Shown in pieces: positions 45,977 to 59,621 of a DNA stretch of 64,000 nucleotides (within the stretch, counting starts at the first letter, position 1; each line of letters begins with the position of its first letter). The DNA comes from Eledone cirrhosa. Taxonomy: Eukaryota. The translations under genes and the position numbers were made by a program. The DNA lies in assembly GCA_964016885.1 (NCBI GenBank), contig OZ024740.1:71672001-71736000 (forward strand), in the 5' to 3' direction. Under the pieces are notes generated by a model. The model was not told the origin of the DNA and ran no database searches. It worked only from the letters and a program-made list of their open reading frames with translations.

Positions 45977-46771
45977 ATGGCTTCCCACTCTGTTCTGCCA
46001 ACGTACACGGGCGACGTGAGGCTATGGTTCTCACAATTAGAAGCATTCTTCAGGGCGAACAGAGTTGACGAGGAACTACAACATTCTGTGGTCCTTAGCG
46101 CAATTCCGCCGGCAATTCTCCCAGCGGTTAAGGACCTCGTGTTAGAGGCAACCACATACTCGTCGTACACGTCTCTGAAGGCTGAAATACTCAGCCGGAC
46201 AGAACAGTTTTCAGAAAAAAGATTTAGGGCTCTGGTCCATCTGGAGCATATAGGGGATGGCACCCCATCGAACCTCCTTAGGCGAATGAAGGATCTAACG
46301 GAGGGGTCTGCAGCGGAAACTGTCCTGCTGAAGCAGTTGTTCTTTTCGCGCCTGCCGACCAACGTACAGGCAATTTTGGCCCCCATGAGGGATACAAGCA
46401 CGATGGATCAGCTTGCCTCATCTGTGGACAAAGTTTTCGAGGTGACGTATGCCGGAGGCAGCGACCCCCTTGCCGCTGTTCACCACCCAGCTCGGGTCAC
46501 ACACGACTATGCAATCTACGCGGCAGCGCCAACAGACAGCTCGACCATTATAGCGATGCAAAGGTCCATTCAGGAGCTCACCATAGAGCTCCACAAGATG
46601 AAGGCCTTGTGTGGTAGCTGTTCGCGCCCCCGCAGTCGCGGGAGATCGCAAAGTTTTAGACGGCGTTCTAAATCACCAGCTTCATCTCTATGCTGGTACC
46701 ACGAGCGATTTGCTGAGAACGCGAATCACTGCGTGCAACCTTGCTCCTTTCATAAGGCGGGAAACGCATAA
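45977..46771 (+). CDS. Gag
   Basis: [10 protein letters not shown]-terminal motif, [11 protein letters not shown]-terminal CWYH..F...A..C..PC. Confidence 0.9.
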   Translation: MASHSVLPTYTGDVRLWFSQLEAFFRANRVDEELQHSVVLSAIPPAILPAVKDLVLEATTYSSYTSLKAEILSRTEQFSEKRFRALVHLEHIGDGTPSNLLRRMKDLTEGSAAETVLLKQLFFSRLPTNVQAILAPMRDTSTMDQLASSVDKVFEVTYAGGSDPLAAVHHPARVTHDYAIYAAAPTDSSTIIAMQRSIQELTIELHKMKALCGSCSRPRSRGRSQSFRRRSKSPASSLCWYHERFAENANHCVQPCSFHKAGNA

Positions 46772-46800
46772 GAGGTCCGCTGATGGGGACAGCTGACCTC
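46759..46800 (+). promoter_or_regulatory. -1 ribosomal frameshift signal
   Basis: G GGA AAC in the gag frame, 7-nt spacer, hairpin GAGGTC-C-GCTG-loop-CAGC-T-GACCTC; pol lies in the -1 frame. Confidence 0.85.
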
Positions 46801-49800
46801 AACATAAAGTCACCAAACCGCCATTTCTTCATTAAGGACCTAATGTCCGGAAGAGGTTTCCTCGTGGATACAGGAGCCTCCTGTAGTATTTGGCCGGTCC
46901 ATTGCCTGAAAGATACCCCCATAGAGTCATCTGTTACGCTGCAGGCAGTTAACCACTCGTCTATAAAGACGTACGGGCAAATCTCGGTCCCTCTTAAATT
47001 CCTAAATCTTCGTAGGGATTTTAAGTGGATTTTTACGGTTGCCGATTTGCCATATCCCATCTTAGGAGCGGATTTCCTCCACAACTTCTCTTTGACTGTG
47101 GACGTCCGTGGCCAACGCCTGGTGGATAACATCACCGGCTTTTCAATTCATGGCCAGGAAGCCAATGCTCCAATAGTCAGCCCCATGTTCTTTATCGCTG
47201 CCGCTGGAGACGCCTACCATTCGTTGCTGGGATCTTTCCCGGAGCTCACGGATGGAAATTTTCGAGTCACTGACCCAACACACTCAACCGAACATTTCGT
47301 TTCCACCACCGGTGCTCCAGTGTTTTCGCGTCCACGCCACTTGCCGACGGAAAAATTAAAGGCAGCACGGTCCGAGTTCGACCATATGCTGCAGCTGGGC
47401 ATTATTCGCCCATCTACTAGTCCTTGGGCTTCACCGTTACACATGGTGCCCAAGACTTCCGGCGACTGGAGACTCACTGGGGATTATAGGAGGTTAAATG
47501 CCATGACCGTCCCGGATAGGTATCCATTCCCCATCTCCACGATTTTGCATCTTCACTGCAGGGGTGTAAGATTTTTTCTAAGTTAGATCTAATGCGAGCC
47601 TACCACCAAATTCCGGTCAGGAAGGAGAATATTCCGAAAACGGCGATTACAACCCCTTTCGGATCATTCGAATGTTTTACCATGCCTTTCGGACTCAGGA
47701 ACGCCGCTAGCACTTTTCAGCGGTTCATAGACGAGGTCACGCGTGGCCTGGACTTCGTTTATGCTTACATAGACGATATTCTCGTCGCTAGTTCCTCTCC
47801 GGAAGAGCATATGCGCCACATGCTTCTCTTATTTCGGCGACTTCAGGATTATCGCGTTCGCGTGAATCCTGCAAAGTGTTTTCGGTTCCACTTCCCTACA
47901 TTTTTTAGGCCACCTCATCGACGCCGAAGGTATTAGGCCGCTCCCTCAGCGAGTTCAAGCCATACAGGAGTTACCTCCGCCTACTACACTTCACCAGTTG
48001 CGTCACTTCTTAGGCCTAATCAATTTCTATAGGCGTTTCATTCCTCATTGTGCTAATTGGCTATCTTCCCTTACTGACATTTTAAAAAATCGTCGTAAGA
48101 AGAATGAAGACATTTCCTTGACACAAGGACAGCTTCAGGACTTCCAGTCTGCCAAGACAGCACTCGCTAGTTCTTCTTTGCTAGCCCACCCGGTACCAGA
48201 GGCCAAGCTTTCGCTTTGTGTTGATGCATCTGATACCGCTGTGGGAGCAGTTTTACAACAGTCTTACGCTGAAAACCAACAATCTTTGGCATTTTTCTCG
48301 AGGAAGTTGAAACCAGCAGAAACGCGTTATAGCACGTTTGGGCGGGAATTATTAGCCATATATCTGTCGGTGAAACATTTCTCTCATATTCTTGAGGGGA
48401 GAAATTTTACGGTTTTTACCGACCACAAGCCGTTGACCTTCGCTTTGAGGGTCAAACCCGACAGATATTCGCCCAGAGAGACAAGGCACCTGGACTACGT
48501 TTCACAATTTACAAACGATATCCAGCACATTGCCGGTTCGCACAACATAGTTGCAGACGCATTATCACGTTTGCCAATTAGCTCCATCTCGTCATCCCAG
48601 GAGATCGACTTAGGTCGTTTAGCTGCAGACCAACCTGCACTCCAATCGTTGGACACTCTTTCTACTGAATTTGCGACTTGCATTTTCAAATATCTGCCCT
48701 TGTCCACCACCGACAGGCAGATTCTATGTGATGTATCTACTGATGCACCACGACCACTTGTTCCTGAGACTCACCGTCGAATTGTGTTCCTGGCTTTGCA
48801 CAACATTTCTCATCCAGGATCTGCTGCCACAGTTAAACTCATAACAGCCAGATTCTTCTGGCCAAATATGAGGCGCGACATTGCTGCTTGGTGCCGTTCC
48901 TGTATCGCTTGTCAGAAATCGAAGATCCATAGACACATCCAGACTCCACTTGGTACTTTCAGTACTTCAGATGCTCGGTTCCAACACATCTACATTGACA
49001 TCGTTGGACCGTGGCCATTCAGCAGTGGATATTCTTACATATTGACGTGTGTCGATCGTTTTTCGCGATGGCCTGAAGCCATCCCTTTACAAGACATGAC
49101 TGCTGAGACTGTAGCACGTGCCCTGGTATCAGGGTGGATTACCCGCTTTGGGGTACCAACTACACTCACCACAGACCGTGGTAGACAATTCGAGTCCCAT
49201 CTCTTCTCTGAGCTCACAAAAATAATTGGAGCTCAACGGATTCGGACCACAGCCTATCATCCTGCTTCAAATGGAATGGTGGAACGATTCCACCGCCAAT
49301 TAAAGGCCGCTCTTCGCGCCTATCCAGACTCTCAACGTTGGAGCGAGTACCTTCCTATTGTGTTATTAGGAATTCGGTCATCAATAAAGGAGGACCTTGG
49401 GTTCTCCCCGGCCGAATTAATTTACGGTGTTCCTCTAGCGTTGCCTGGGCAAATGCTTGCCCCTGTTGATCTTGCTTTCCAAGATCCGCTTTCCTACGTA
49501 TCCCGTCTGCGTTCTTATTTTCAGGACCTGCCGCCGATGGATACGAGGAAGCAAACTGTAAAACCTGCGGTCCCGAGGGACATTGCCTCGTGGACCCATG
49601 TGTTCGTAAGGAACGAGGCTGTGAGACCACTCCTCACACAACCATACTCTGAACCCTACCGTGTGTTAGCACGCACTGACAAACATTTCACTGTAGACGT
49701 TAAGGGGTCCAGAGAGACAATTTCGGTGGATAGACTGAAAAGGGCACACAATGACGCTCATACACCCGAGCCACAAATACCCCAATCTTTCTCTCTTGTG

Positions 49801-49908
49801 CCTACACCTGCTCCTTCTTCCCCACCTTCACCTACATACAAGACTACGACCCGTTCCGGTCGGAGAGTCCACTGGCCCAAAAAGTTCTGCCAAACTATTT
49901 TTATGTGA
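46765..49908 (+). pseudogene. Pol (protease, RT, RNase H, integrase) with two frameshifts near 47530 and 47878
   Basis: LVDTGA; [12 protein letters not shown]; DAS, RELLA, TDHKPL; HHCC, TDRGRQF, GMVERFH. Confidence 0.93.
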
Positions 49909-52900
49909 ACTGGCCATTGGAGCCTTATATTTTTTTTTTCTTGCTGTTCTTGTTATTTATTGATTTATTGTATTACAATGTACCTATCATTACCATGTCA
50001 CTGGATGTATATATATGTTTTTCGTTTCCTTTACAACGAACATTTTAAGCTATATTCTTCTATTTGCCGGTTTATAAATTTACCACGTAAATTTGCCGTT
50101 GAAAACCGTGCATTTATTAAGAATGCTTATTTCTCTGGTCGCTTGCCTCTTGATCCTTCCAAGTCAACGCATTCACAACATCAACAACAACAACACAGCT
50201 TCATCAACAACTAAAACCAGCAGAACAAGCCAGACAATTTATTTCTGCAGCACTCTGCCTGTGAGAAATTCCCTTCGGAAGTTGGAAATTCCATGTTATA
50301 CCACAGACCAGAAACCACCTGCATTCATTCTCTGGAACACATTCTTTACTGCTGTCATGTGATTGCACACATGTTAACTGTATTTTAGATATTTGAACTT
50401 TTGACCTCTTCTCTTACTTTTATTACTTTGTACCATAATTTTCATGCCTCTTACATGCTCGCCATCTTACTCCATGCATGCTTCTTTCGATTTTTATGTT
50501 TTAAAAATCTGGCGGGAGATAATGTAGCAAGAGTTGCCTCCCTTGTCATGACAATCTCATCACCGCTCTCTAGACAGGAAGTAGCTGGAGTTGCTTCCCT
50601 TTGGGATTGACAGACTCCCTGTTGGTCACTTCCGGTCAATTCCTATAAAAGGAACAGGTTACCACGATATCTCCCTCTTGCCTCCTGATTCCTGAAGTGG
50701 TAACACCTGCGACCTTAGCTTGTGATGATTCCTTCTTGATGACCCTTCGCTACCAAAGACAATGCAACTTGCAGCCTGAGCCTAAGATGTCAATAACAGC
50801 TAGAAAAGATCTCTTCTTTTCTCTACCAATTTCAGCCTCGAGTTATGACCATCGGGTAACAAATCCTTAATATTTAATGCCTTTGACTTCCATGAAGTAA
50901 AAACTTTATTATAACACACACACCGGTATTTACTGTCTTTTTTATGTTATATGTACACCGATACTAATCTCCTAAACTTCAAAAAATTTCCGTTGACCCT
51001 TGTGGTGAGCTGCCGATTGTCGCACTTCGTTGCGAATCGATAGTTGTTTTTGTTTGTTAGTTTCCTCTCGTTGTGAGTGCATTATGTTCGTGAGGTTCCT
51101 TGCAATAATTAATTGTATTTATTATGTGTTTATATTTTCATTCTGTAAGAATGATAAACAATTTGTAATGTTATTTATACAACTGTGAATAAAAACTCGA
51201 ATTATATTGTTTATATAAACATTGAAAGACACAATATATTATATTGTGACAGTAAGGCGTTTGGTCTAGTGGTTAGTGTGTTGAACTTGCGATGGGTTCG
51301 ATTCCTGGACTGGGATATGTATTGTGTTCTTGAGCAAAATTCTTCATTTCATGTTGCTCCAGTATACTCAGGTGAAGATGAGTATGAGCAGTAGTTGGAG
51401 ATTTAACTCTGCGATGGCTTGGAGTCCTGTCCAGGGAGGAGTCTTGCACTCTTAGCCGCTTAGTACCACAACACACTCGGTTGGGTTAAGCACCAACCTA
51501 ATGAGACTCTGGGCTTGAAACAGACTTCAGACTTTTTAGATATAAATATTGTAAGACATATACAATATATTATTATTTTAAATGATGTATATTTCTGAGT
51601 ATTGTAGTTTTAAAATAGTATTTTCATTATTTTGGCATGGCAATCTTCATGTTTTGAAGAAAAGAAGCTGCTTTTCCTTGAAATTTTTATTTTTAAGAGA
51701 GTAAGAAACCGAAAATTTCTTTGGGCTCCTGCATTTCAAACATAGATCACGCTTCTGACAAATCATTTTTTTTTTCGAAAGTTTTCAGCCACCATCCTTC
51801 CCATCCTACTGTAACCCGAACCCTAATTGAAATTTTGAAAAATAAAAAATAAAATCAGAAGCATAATCTCCCTGTTTTAAATATAGAAATTCGAAGAAAG
51901 GAAATTTGGGGGAGAGGAAAAAAAAAAGGTACAAGGAGGTGGGGGACTTGACACTACGCCATCTTTTGCATCCAGGATAACAGGATATTTCTCCCACTGA
52001 TATCATTAAGAAGACTATCCAAAATTCAGATCAATACTTAGTTTTGGAAATGGTTTACGTTCCTAAAGAAATTCAATGACATTATCGTGATTGATATTTT
52101 TCATTATCAACACAACTTCCCGTTCTTTTATTTTCTTTATTTTTCTCTTTTTTTCTCTATATTTTCCTTCTTTTTTTTTTGTTTCCTTTTATTCTTTTTA
52201 TTATTGCTGTTATTATTGTTGTCGTTATTATGTATATAAAATTCAAATTGTTTTGACTGCAAGAAAGAACGAAAACATTCAGTAAGTCAATTGAGAGCCC
52301 CTTCCCCTATCTATCTATGTATCTATCTATCTATTTCATAGATACACAGACACACATCTCTCTCTCTCTCTCCCCCTCTCTCTCTCTCTCATCTATCTGT
52401 CACGCACACACAGTCCATCTCTCTCTCATCTATCTATCTATGCTGACTGCCAGGTTGCCCAATAACAAGTTTTTGATTGCTCATTGCTACATGCATCCGG
52501 CACAACACATTAATGCATGTTGCCCTCTTCCACTTAATGAAATCTTTTGATCCTGACTGTTAACATGCTCAGCTTCTAGTATGAATCACCATTGACTTAA
52601 CTTTGGTTTCGTTACTGATGTCACACGTCCATCACGCCGACATCCCATGGTGGGATTTATTTAAAAACAACATATTTGTATAATAATATTTATGCCCAGT
52701 TTTGTTTTTTATTTCACAGGGTACCCCAAAATCGATCTCCTCACAAGCAAGTCTTAATAGGGTTGCTGGTTTTAATCACCAGCGACCCGACCAAGCAACG
52801 GGCTTATCACTAGAGCTCGAGAGCGACCTAATTTAAATACGTTTTATTATGAATATGATTTAGAAGAAAAAAAAATCAATAGACGACGCAAATGTGTTTA

Positions 52901-53298
52901 CAAATGGGACAAATCAATAAAAATAGTCAGAAAGACGAGAAATGAAAGAAAAAACGAGAGAAGACATGTACACTCAATTACACACGACATGAATGTTGGA
53001 GTTGCTCTCTAAAAATCTTTGAGGCAAGCCAACATACTCATAACCTTACTGTAGGCGATAACGAGGCTAAGGCAGTGGAATAGTCAAGCACCTTGACAAA
53101 CATTACCTGATACTTTAGTAGGGTTAACGATAAACATGGAATAGAATACATCTTTGGTTTCGGCGATGAGTGTTTTAGTTGTTTCATTAACGGAACAAGC
53201 TGCTCATAAAATTAATGTGTAATTAAGCACTTCACAGACATGTGTATACTCATAATGTAATTCTTATTGAGATTCAGCATGATCTCTTTGATATAATC

Positions 53299-56200
53299 TT
53301 TAGTAAATTGACCATAAAGTTATTCACTCCAGTAAATACCACTACATGCCAACCACTAATTTAATTTGTTTAGAAGATGTAAAAGAAATGACGATGTAGT
53401 AATTGAAACATGACGAATACTTCGGAAAAGTGTATCAGTAACGATTTGCATTTATTGAAGTAGCTTGTTACAATGTTGCTAGTGAAACGTACCTCGTGCC
53501 ATGATGTGGTGTAATCCTGAGGTATAGGATAGGATTAGAAAAAGTTTAGCATCTGTGCTTGGTGTGGTCAGTTCTAGAGCCGTTGGTGAAAGAGAGTATA
53601 CCTTTTGGTGTAACCATGCCTGGCCTTAAGGCCAGGCAGCCAAGAGGTGAAAAGAGGTAGATTGTCCTTTGCTTCTTCTTTTATAATCTCTGAAACGGAA
53701 GTTCAAGGAGTATTCTAGAAATTCTACGGGAAGTAACTTTGGCTACTTCCTTTTGTCTAGAGAGCGCTACAAGACTCCCCTCTCAGACGAGAAGTCGAAT
53801 AACCAGCCGAAAGTCATTGTAGCGTGAACCCGTAAGAAATGAGGAGCAAAGCAAAGGTACAAGAAGGTGCATGAATAGAACATAAGCTCACAACTGAAGC
53901 AAATAGCAAAAAAAAAGCACAAAACAAGTAAATGCATTTGACAAAGAAAAAATGTAAATGTAACAAAACTGATAATTCAAAGTTAACATAAAGGAGCAGA
54001 GAAAAATTAATGCTCAATGGCAAGTTCAAAGTTTCTTTAAAAAAATAGTTCATACATCACTAGTGTGAAAACGCTGAAAAAGAGCACATCAATAAAAAAA
54101 ATGAATGAATGAATGAATGCAAGAAGAAAATTATGAATGAGGCGCTAAGAGGCCAGTGTTATGCATGCCGCTGTGTCAAATGAGTGGCTGTTTGCTATTT
54201 ATAACATGATCACCCAGGGTCTAATAGAAAACAAATAAAGTCTGACATGGGCGAAAATGTGCAAAATGTTTTCAAAGTTGCTGTTCTTGCATTAATTGTT
54301 ATAAAAGTTGTTGTTGGCGGTTGCGGTAAAAGTATGAAACTACCACTTCTGTTATGTTGCTGTGAAATCGCCGTTGGTGTTGTGGCTGTAGTTGTTGTGG
54401 TAAATGTTTTACCAGTAGCTGTTGTTGATGACAATGCTGTTCATGTCCAACGATTCCAAGGTAGGTTGGTCAGTTGCAATGGCAACTAAATCGATATGTG
54501 CAGGAGACGCAAGAGAACACACAGAAAGTCGAGATAGTGCGTCCGCAGGTATGTTGGAAGTTCCAGCTATGTGACGAATGTCATTGGTATACTGTGAGAT
54601 GAGATCCAGATGCCTATACGCTCTCGGAGAGTACTTGTCGGACTTGGATTGTAAAGCGAACGTTAACGGTTTGTGGTCCGTGAATATCGTGAACGCCCGC
54701 CCCTCCAAAGGATGGTGGAAGTGCTTCACGGCAAGATAAATCGCCAAAGATCTCTGTCAAAGGTGCTGTATCTCTGTTCTGCTGGTTTTAATTGGTGAGA
54801 GAAAAATGCCAATGGTTGAACTTGGTGATCGATTACATGATGCAAAACTGCGCCAACAGCACGATCAGATGCATCAACAGATAAGGAAAGTCTCGCATTT
54901 GCAACAGGATGGGCAAGGAAGGAAACTTTAGCTAGCTCAGACTTGACGGATTTAAAAGACTGCACTGCATCGGCAGAAAGTGAAATTTTTTCATCTTTCT
55001 TTTTTGCAGCCCTTAAAAACTGTGTCAAGAGGAATAACTTGTCCGCACAGTTAGGAATAAAGCGACGATAAAAGTTAATTAATCCCAAGAAATGGCGTAA
55101 TTGTTTCAAGGATGTTGGTGGTGCTAATTGCTGAATCGCCTCTACTTTAGCTGGCAATCTGGAACAAGTGGTCTGGGTGAGCCAGTAGAAATATCGCAGA
55201 GAATTTTCCCTTCAGAAGATGGAAGAGGTAAATATTCCAATTTGCAGCAGTAGAACTGGTCAGAGGAAATGTCCAGATAAGTTTCTTTTAAGTAGCTGAC
55301 TGCAGAACGAACGTGCATAAAAATGCCCAGCAAGTGACGTCAATTTACGACGCAAGGTGTCGCAATTTTTTTACTGGCATTAATAAAGTAGCTCGTGGCC
55401 GAACTATTCTTTGAGATGAATAGCAATGAGTGTGTTGGTAAAATCCACCGCGCGGGAAAATGACGAAACGAAGAAGACAAGATGGCCGATAATGAAAGCA
55501 AATAGAGCAAAAGACGCCATTTTGAATTTTTTCGGTGAATGATGAAAAAGGCTTGGTGGAAAGAGTAAGCAATAGTTGAAATTCAGCAAAAATAAATATT
55601 CATATTGAAATGTGTAAAAAAAAGTCCAATTTTTTTTTTTTTAAGTGTTCGTTGAAAGAATAAACGAAAAACATATATATACATCCAGTGAAATGCGACA
55701 CATAGTTGATGTACGACACGTGCGTGAAAGGCAACATTTTCTGTTTATTTTGATGTGCTCGTTATAAGACAGTGTATGCGGAGAGAAAACTATGTCTAAG
55801 GCGGTCGGAGGGATTTCTTAGTAAAAAAAAAATATATCACGTGAGGTGAGAGAAAAAGAGTCTGTCTGAACGAGAATTTCACATGTGCGTGTGTTCGTTT
55901 CTGTGTCTACGTATTTTTCCTAGTTTGTTAATAAAGTTTGCTGCGTGTTCGAAATGTTGGCCGACACATTCCAACGAAAATGGGGTAACCATTTTTCTTA
56001 ACTAGTTGAAATATATCGTCCCACGTCGGATTCACCAGTTTAGTGAATTGACCATAGGGTTATTCGCTCCAGTAAATACCACTACATGCCAACCACTAAT
56101 TTAATTTGTTTAGAAGATGTAAAAGAAATGACGATGTAGTAATTGAAACATGACGAATACTTCGGAAAAGTGTATCAGTAACGATTTGCATTTATTGAAG

Positions 56201-56511
56201 TAGCTTGTTACAATTTTGGTAGTGAAACGTACATCGTGCCATGATGTGGTGTAATCCTGAGGTATAGGATAGGATTAGAAAAAGTTTAGCATCTGTGCTT
56301 GGTGTGGTCAGTTCTAGAGCCGTTGGTGAAAGAGAGTATACCTTTTGGTGTAACCATGCCTGGCCTTAAGGCCAGGCAGCCAAGAGGTGAAAAGAGATAG
56401 ATTGTCCTTTGCTCCTTCTTTTATAATCTCTGAAACGGAAATTCAAGGAGTATTCTAGAAATTCTACGGGAAGTAACTTTGGCTACTTCCCTTTATCTAG
56501 AGAGCGCTACA
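53299..56511 (-). mobile_element. Internally deleted Ty3/gypsy LTR element
   Basis: 473-bp LTRs at 53299-53771 and 56039-56511; degenerate Trp PBS at 56021-56037; PPT at 53772-53786; RNase H remnant at 54409-55157; imperfect TSD AATC/AAAC. Confidence 0.92.
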
Positions 56512-57171
56512 AAACCATCTGACTAGCTTTTAAACACTGGCCCAAAACATTTTGCAGCACCGTCTATATTTAGACTGTGTTAGTTGCACCCTTTTTTTTT
56601 GCTTCTGTGTTTCTGCTTTTTCTTTGCCTTTTTTTTATGCATGCATGTTGTATTTTTTAACATTTTTCAAATCCTTATTCTGGATTTAATGATTGGCAGA
56701 GCGAATAGCTCCCCCTTGTTGCATTGTTCGCCATCTTACTCCACGTGTGAGTAATAACATCGATTTTCGATGATTTGAAAATCTGGCAGGGGATACTGTA
56801 GTAAGACGCCTCACGCCCCATAGCGGATAATGGACCAGGCCTAGTTGTCTCCCCCTGGTTGAGAACACCAGAGGTAAAGAGACAGCCACGGAAAAGCAGA
56901 CGATATACACGCCACAGAAAACAACCTCTGTACCACGAAACGATAAACAGCCATCGGGAACAGCAAACACCACAATACCTTTGTAATTGTAATACTTCCC
57001 TTCACCACATCTGGATCACGTATATATTTGGTATGTTTCATTTGTAATATAATAAACACATATAAACAAAATAAACATCACCATTATTTACATTTGTTGA
57101 ATATAACTCTCGTTGTGGTTATTGTCTTGATTACACACACGCCCACTCACTTGTTATAATTCTCACTTACA
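56512..57171 (+). mobile_element. 3' remnant of a fourth gypsy element: pol tail, PPT and LTR (56797-57171)
   Basis: HWPKTFCSTVYI* resembles [12 protein letters not shown] of element 1; aatctggcaggggatac followed by TGTAG...TTACA. Confidence 0.7.
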
Positions 57172-57329
57172 AAAATGGTAAATAGACGAGGGACCTTCCC
57201 TCACGTCTATGTCGATAAACAATCCAACTAAGGATACATCCTTTTACCACACTCCTTAGCAACTAAACATCTTTTACATGTGGCTTCTTCAAATAACATG
57301 TTTACTGCTATTTGATCATCTCGGGTCGG

Positions 57330-59580
57330 TGATCAACTCAGTTCCGAACAATGGACGATCACCGAACTTTAAAAAGGTGGTCAATGCCAAATTCAACGAA
57401 TTTGACATTAATGGGGCTGTTCACCTCCTCTCTTCTCTGTCCTCCCTCTCCCACTACTGATTCCTTCAATCGATTGAGGGAGAAACAACCTCCAGATGAC
57501 CACTTAGACTGGTCCCATCCACCAGGTTATTTACTACCTGTCTTCACTCCAGATAACGTCAGGAAGGCGATTATATCCTTTCCTGCGGGTTCTGGCGCAA
57601 TGATTGATGGTCTACGACCTCAGCACCCCAAGGGTGGTATCTCCTTGTCGGCCAGAGATGCCGGCCTTGAGCTCTTGGAGAACCTAACCCAATTGTTGTC
57701 CGAGGGTGTCCTCCCTTACATTCGTTCCCTGTTTCTTCGGGCTAAACTGTTTGGCCTCACAAAGCACAATGGTGACCTCCGCCCCATAGCAGTTGGGTGT
57801 ACTCTGCGACGGCTCACAGCGAAAGTGTGTCTTCCTTGATCTCAGACTGCCTGTCCGCCGAATTTTCCCTTATTCAGCTAGGAGTGTGTACCAAGCTGGG
57901 CTGTGAGACCGCCACTCACACTACCAGAGCTTTTACTAATTTGCCTTCCGAGACCCCAAAGGTTATCCTCTAATTGGATCTCAGAAATGCTTTCAATTCC
58001 ATCAGTCGGGATGTCATCCTCTGTTCAGTAAAGGAGAGAGTCCTATAGCTTTAAAACTTTGCTTGGCAAAGCCTATCGTGAATCCTCCTACCTCTCCGGT
58101 GACCGCAAAGACGATGATTGAGGAACTGGGCATTAGGGGCCTTCCTGAAAACAAGTTCCAAATACGAGCTCTGGCCCCTCAACCACCCAGCTTTATATCA
58201 GCAGACTGTAAACCTGTTTACAGAGTCCTTTTCCTTCTATTGCGATTCCTCCTCCATTCCCTTGGAACCCCAATTACACACCAAGCCTTTGAGTCCATCT
58301 TTCGATCTAAGTTGGCTAACCGAACAACTTTCAAAAAATCTCGAGGCCATTAAGCCTCACTAAGGTTTTTTTTTTATACTTAGGAATTACTTGTCGATTT
58401 CTAAGTTGTTATATTTCCTCAGAACTAGTCCCTCTTGCAGATTCTTGTCGTCTCATAAACGCTTTGATGTCTTAATCTTTAGTGAACTCGAGGGTTTGGT
58501 TAATGTCAGATGTTCTCCAGAGTCCTACAACCAGTCTGCCTTGCCCAAACGGTTTGTAGGTCTCGGTCGGTGTAAATGCTCGTCTCTGTCTCTACCTTGA
58601 TTTCCTTCCTTCATGCACGCTTGCTCCCCCTTTACTAGGTGACATTCTCTCCTTTCCAATATGGACTAGTTCCACCAGGGAGATGGATAAAGCTTTACTA
58701 CAGTGGAGAGAGTTGAGTTTGTCAGTTCCTGATACTGTCGAGGATAGACGAAAACAGAGAGTATAGGACAATCTGCATTAGAACGACACCTTCAAAACTC
58801 TCTTTGATCAATCTGATCAATTTTCAAGGTGTCGTTTACTTTCTGCAAGCGCCAAATTCTCGGGGGACAGGGTTGATGCCCTGCATGTGGCCAACATTGG
58901 TGGTCTTCTAAGTCTGGACGAGCAGCTCTGCACCTCCATTACACTCCGATATCTATGGGAGTCTGAGATGTCGCTATTGTAAGCCCCAAGACTCCACAGG
59001 CCTCTATGGTTTTCTTGCCGCCTGAATGCTGGTCGCTTCGCCCGCCACACCGAGCTAAACCAGATGGTCTTACTCTTTGTCGCTTGGTAAAAGGCAGATG
59101 TCTCATCTAGGACGCCACAGTCAGTTACTGTTTTGCTCCCTCCCACATCATAGATGCCGCGGTAAATGTGAGGGTCACTGCTTCCGTCGCCGAACGGAAT
59201 AAAATCCTAAAATACCGGGAACTATCAAATAACTATTTTTTCCAGCCTGTGGCGTTCGAGACATTTGGTGCAGCCCGTGAAGGTGCTTGGTTGTTTCAGC
59301 GCCTTAGCTTTGCTATCACCTGCGATAATATTGTGAGCGTGTTGGCTTGCTTCAAAAATTTCCGTTGGTCCTTGTGGTGTGAGGACGATTGTCGCACTTC
59401 GTAATGAATTGATGGTTATTTTTGTTTGTTGCTTTTTTCTCTCGTTGTGCATTATATTTGTGCGGTTCCTTAAATATAATATATCATATGTCTTAGAATG
59501 TTTATATAAACAATACATTATATTGTATCTCTTAAAATGTTTATATTCACAATATAGTATATTGTATGTCTTACAATGTT
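57330..59580 (+). mobile_element. Degraded CRE-like non-LTR retrotransposon (RT plus restriction-like endonuclease)
   Basis: DGLRPQH, GDLRPIAVGCTLRRL, QLGV, LDLRNAFNS, KLLYFLRTSP, FQPVAFETFG, WLFQRLSFAI. Confidence 0.85.
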
Positions 59581-59621
59581 GACACACACAACCTCACTAG
59601 TATTGTTGAGCCACTTACTAC

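Larger units (their letters stand above)
44963..50976 (+). mobile_element. Full-length Ty3/gypsy LTR retrotransposon
   Basis: LTRs 44963-45475 and 50523-50976, near identical; CTTC TSD; tRNA-Trp PBS TGGTGACCCCCGACGTGAT at 45477; PPT ggcgggagataa; gag then PR-RT-RH-INT. Confidence 0.97.
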
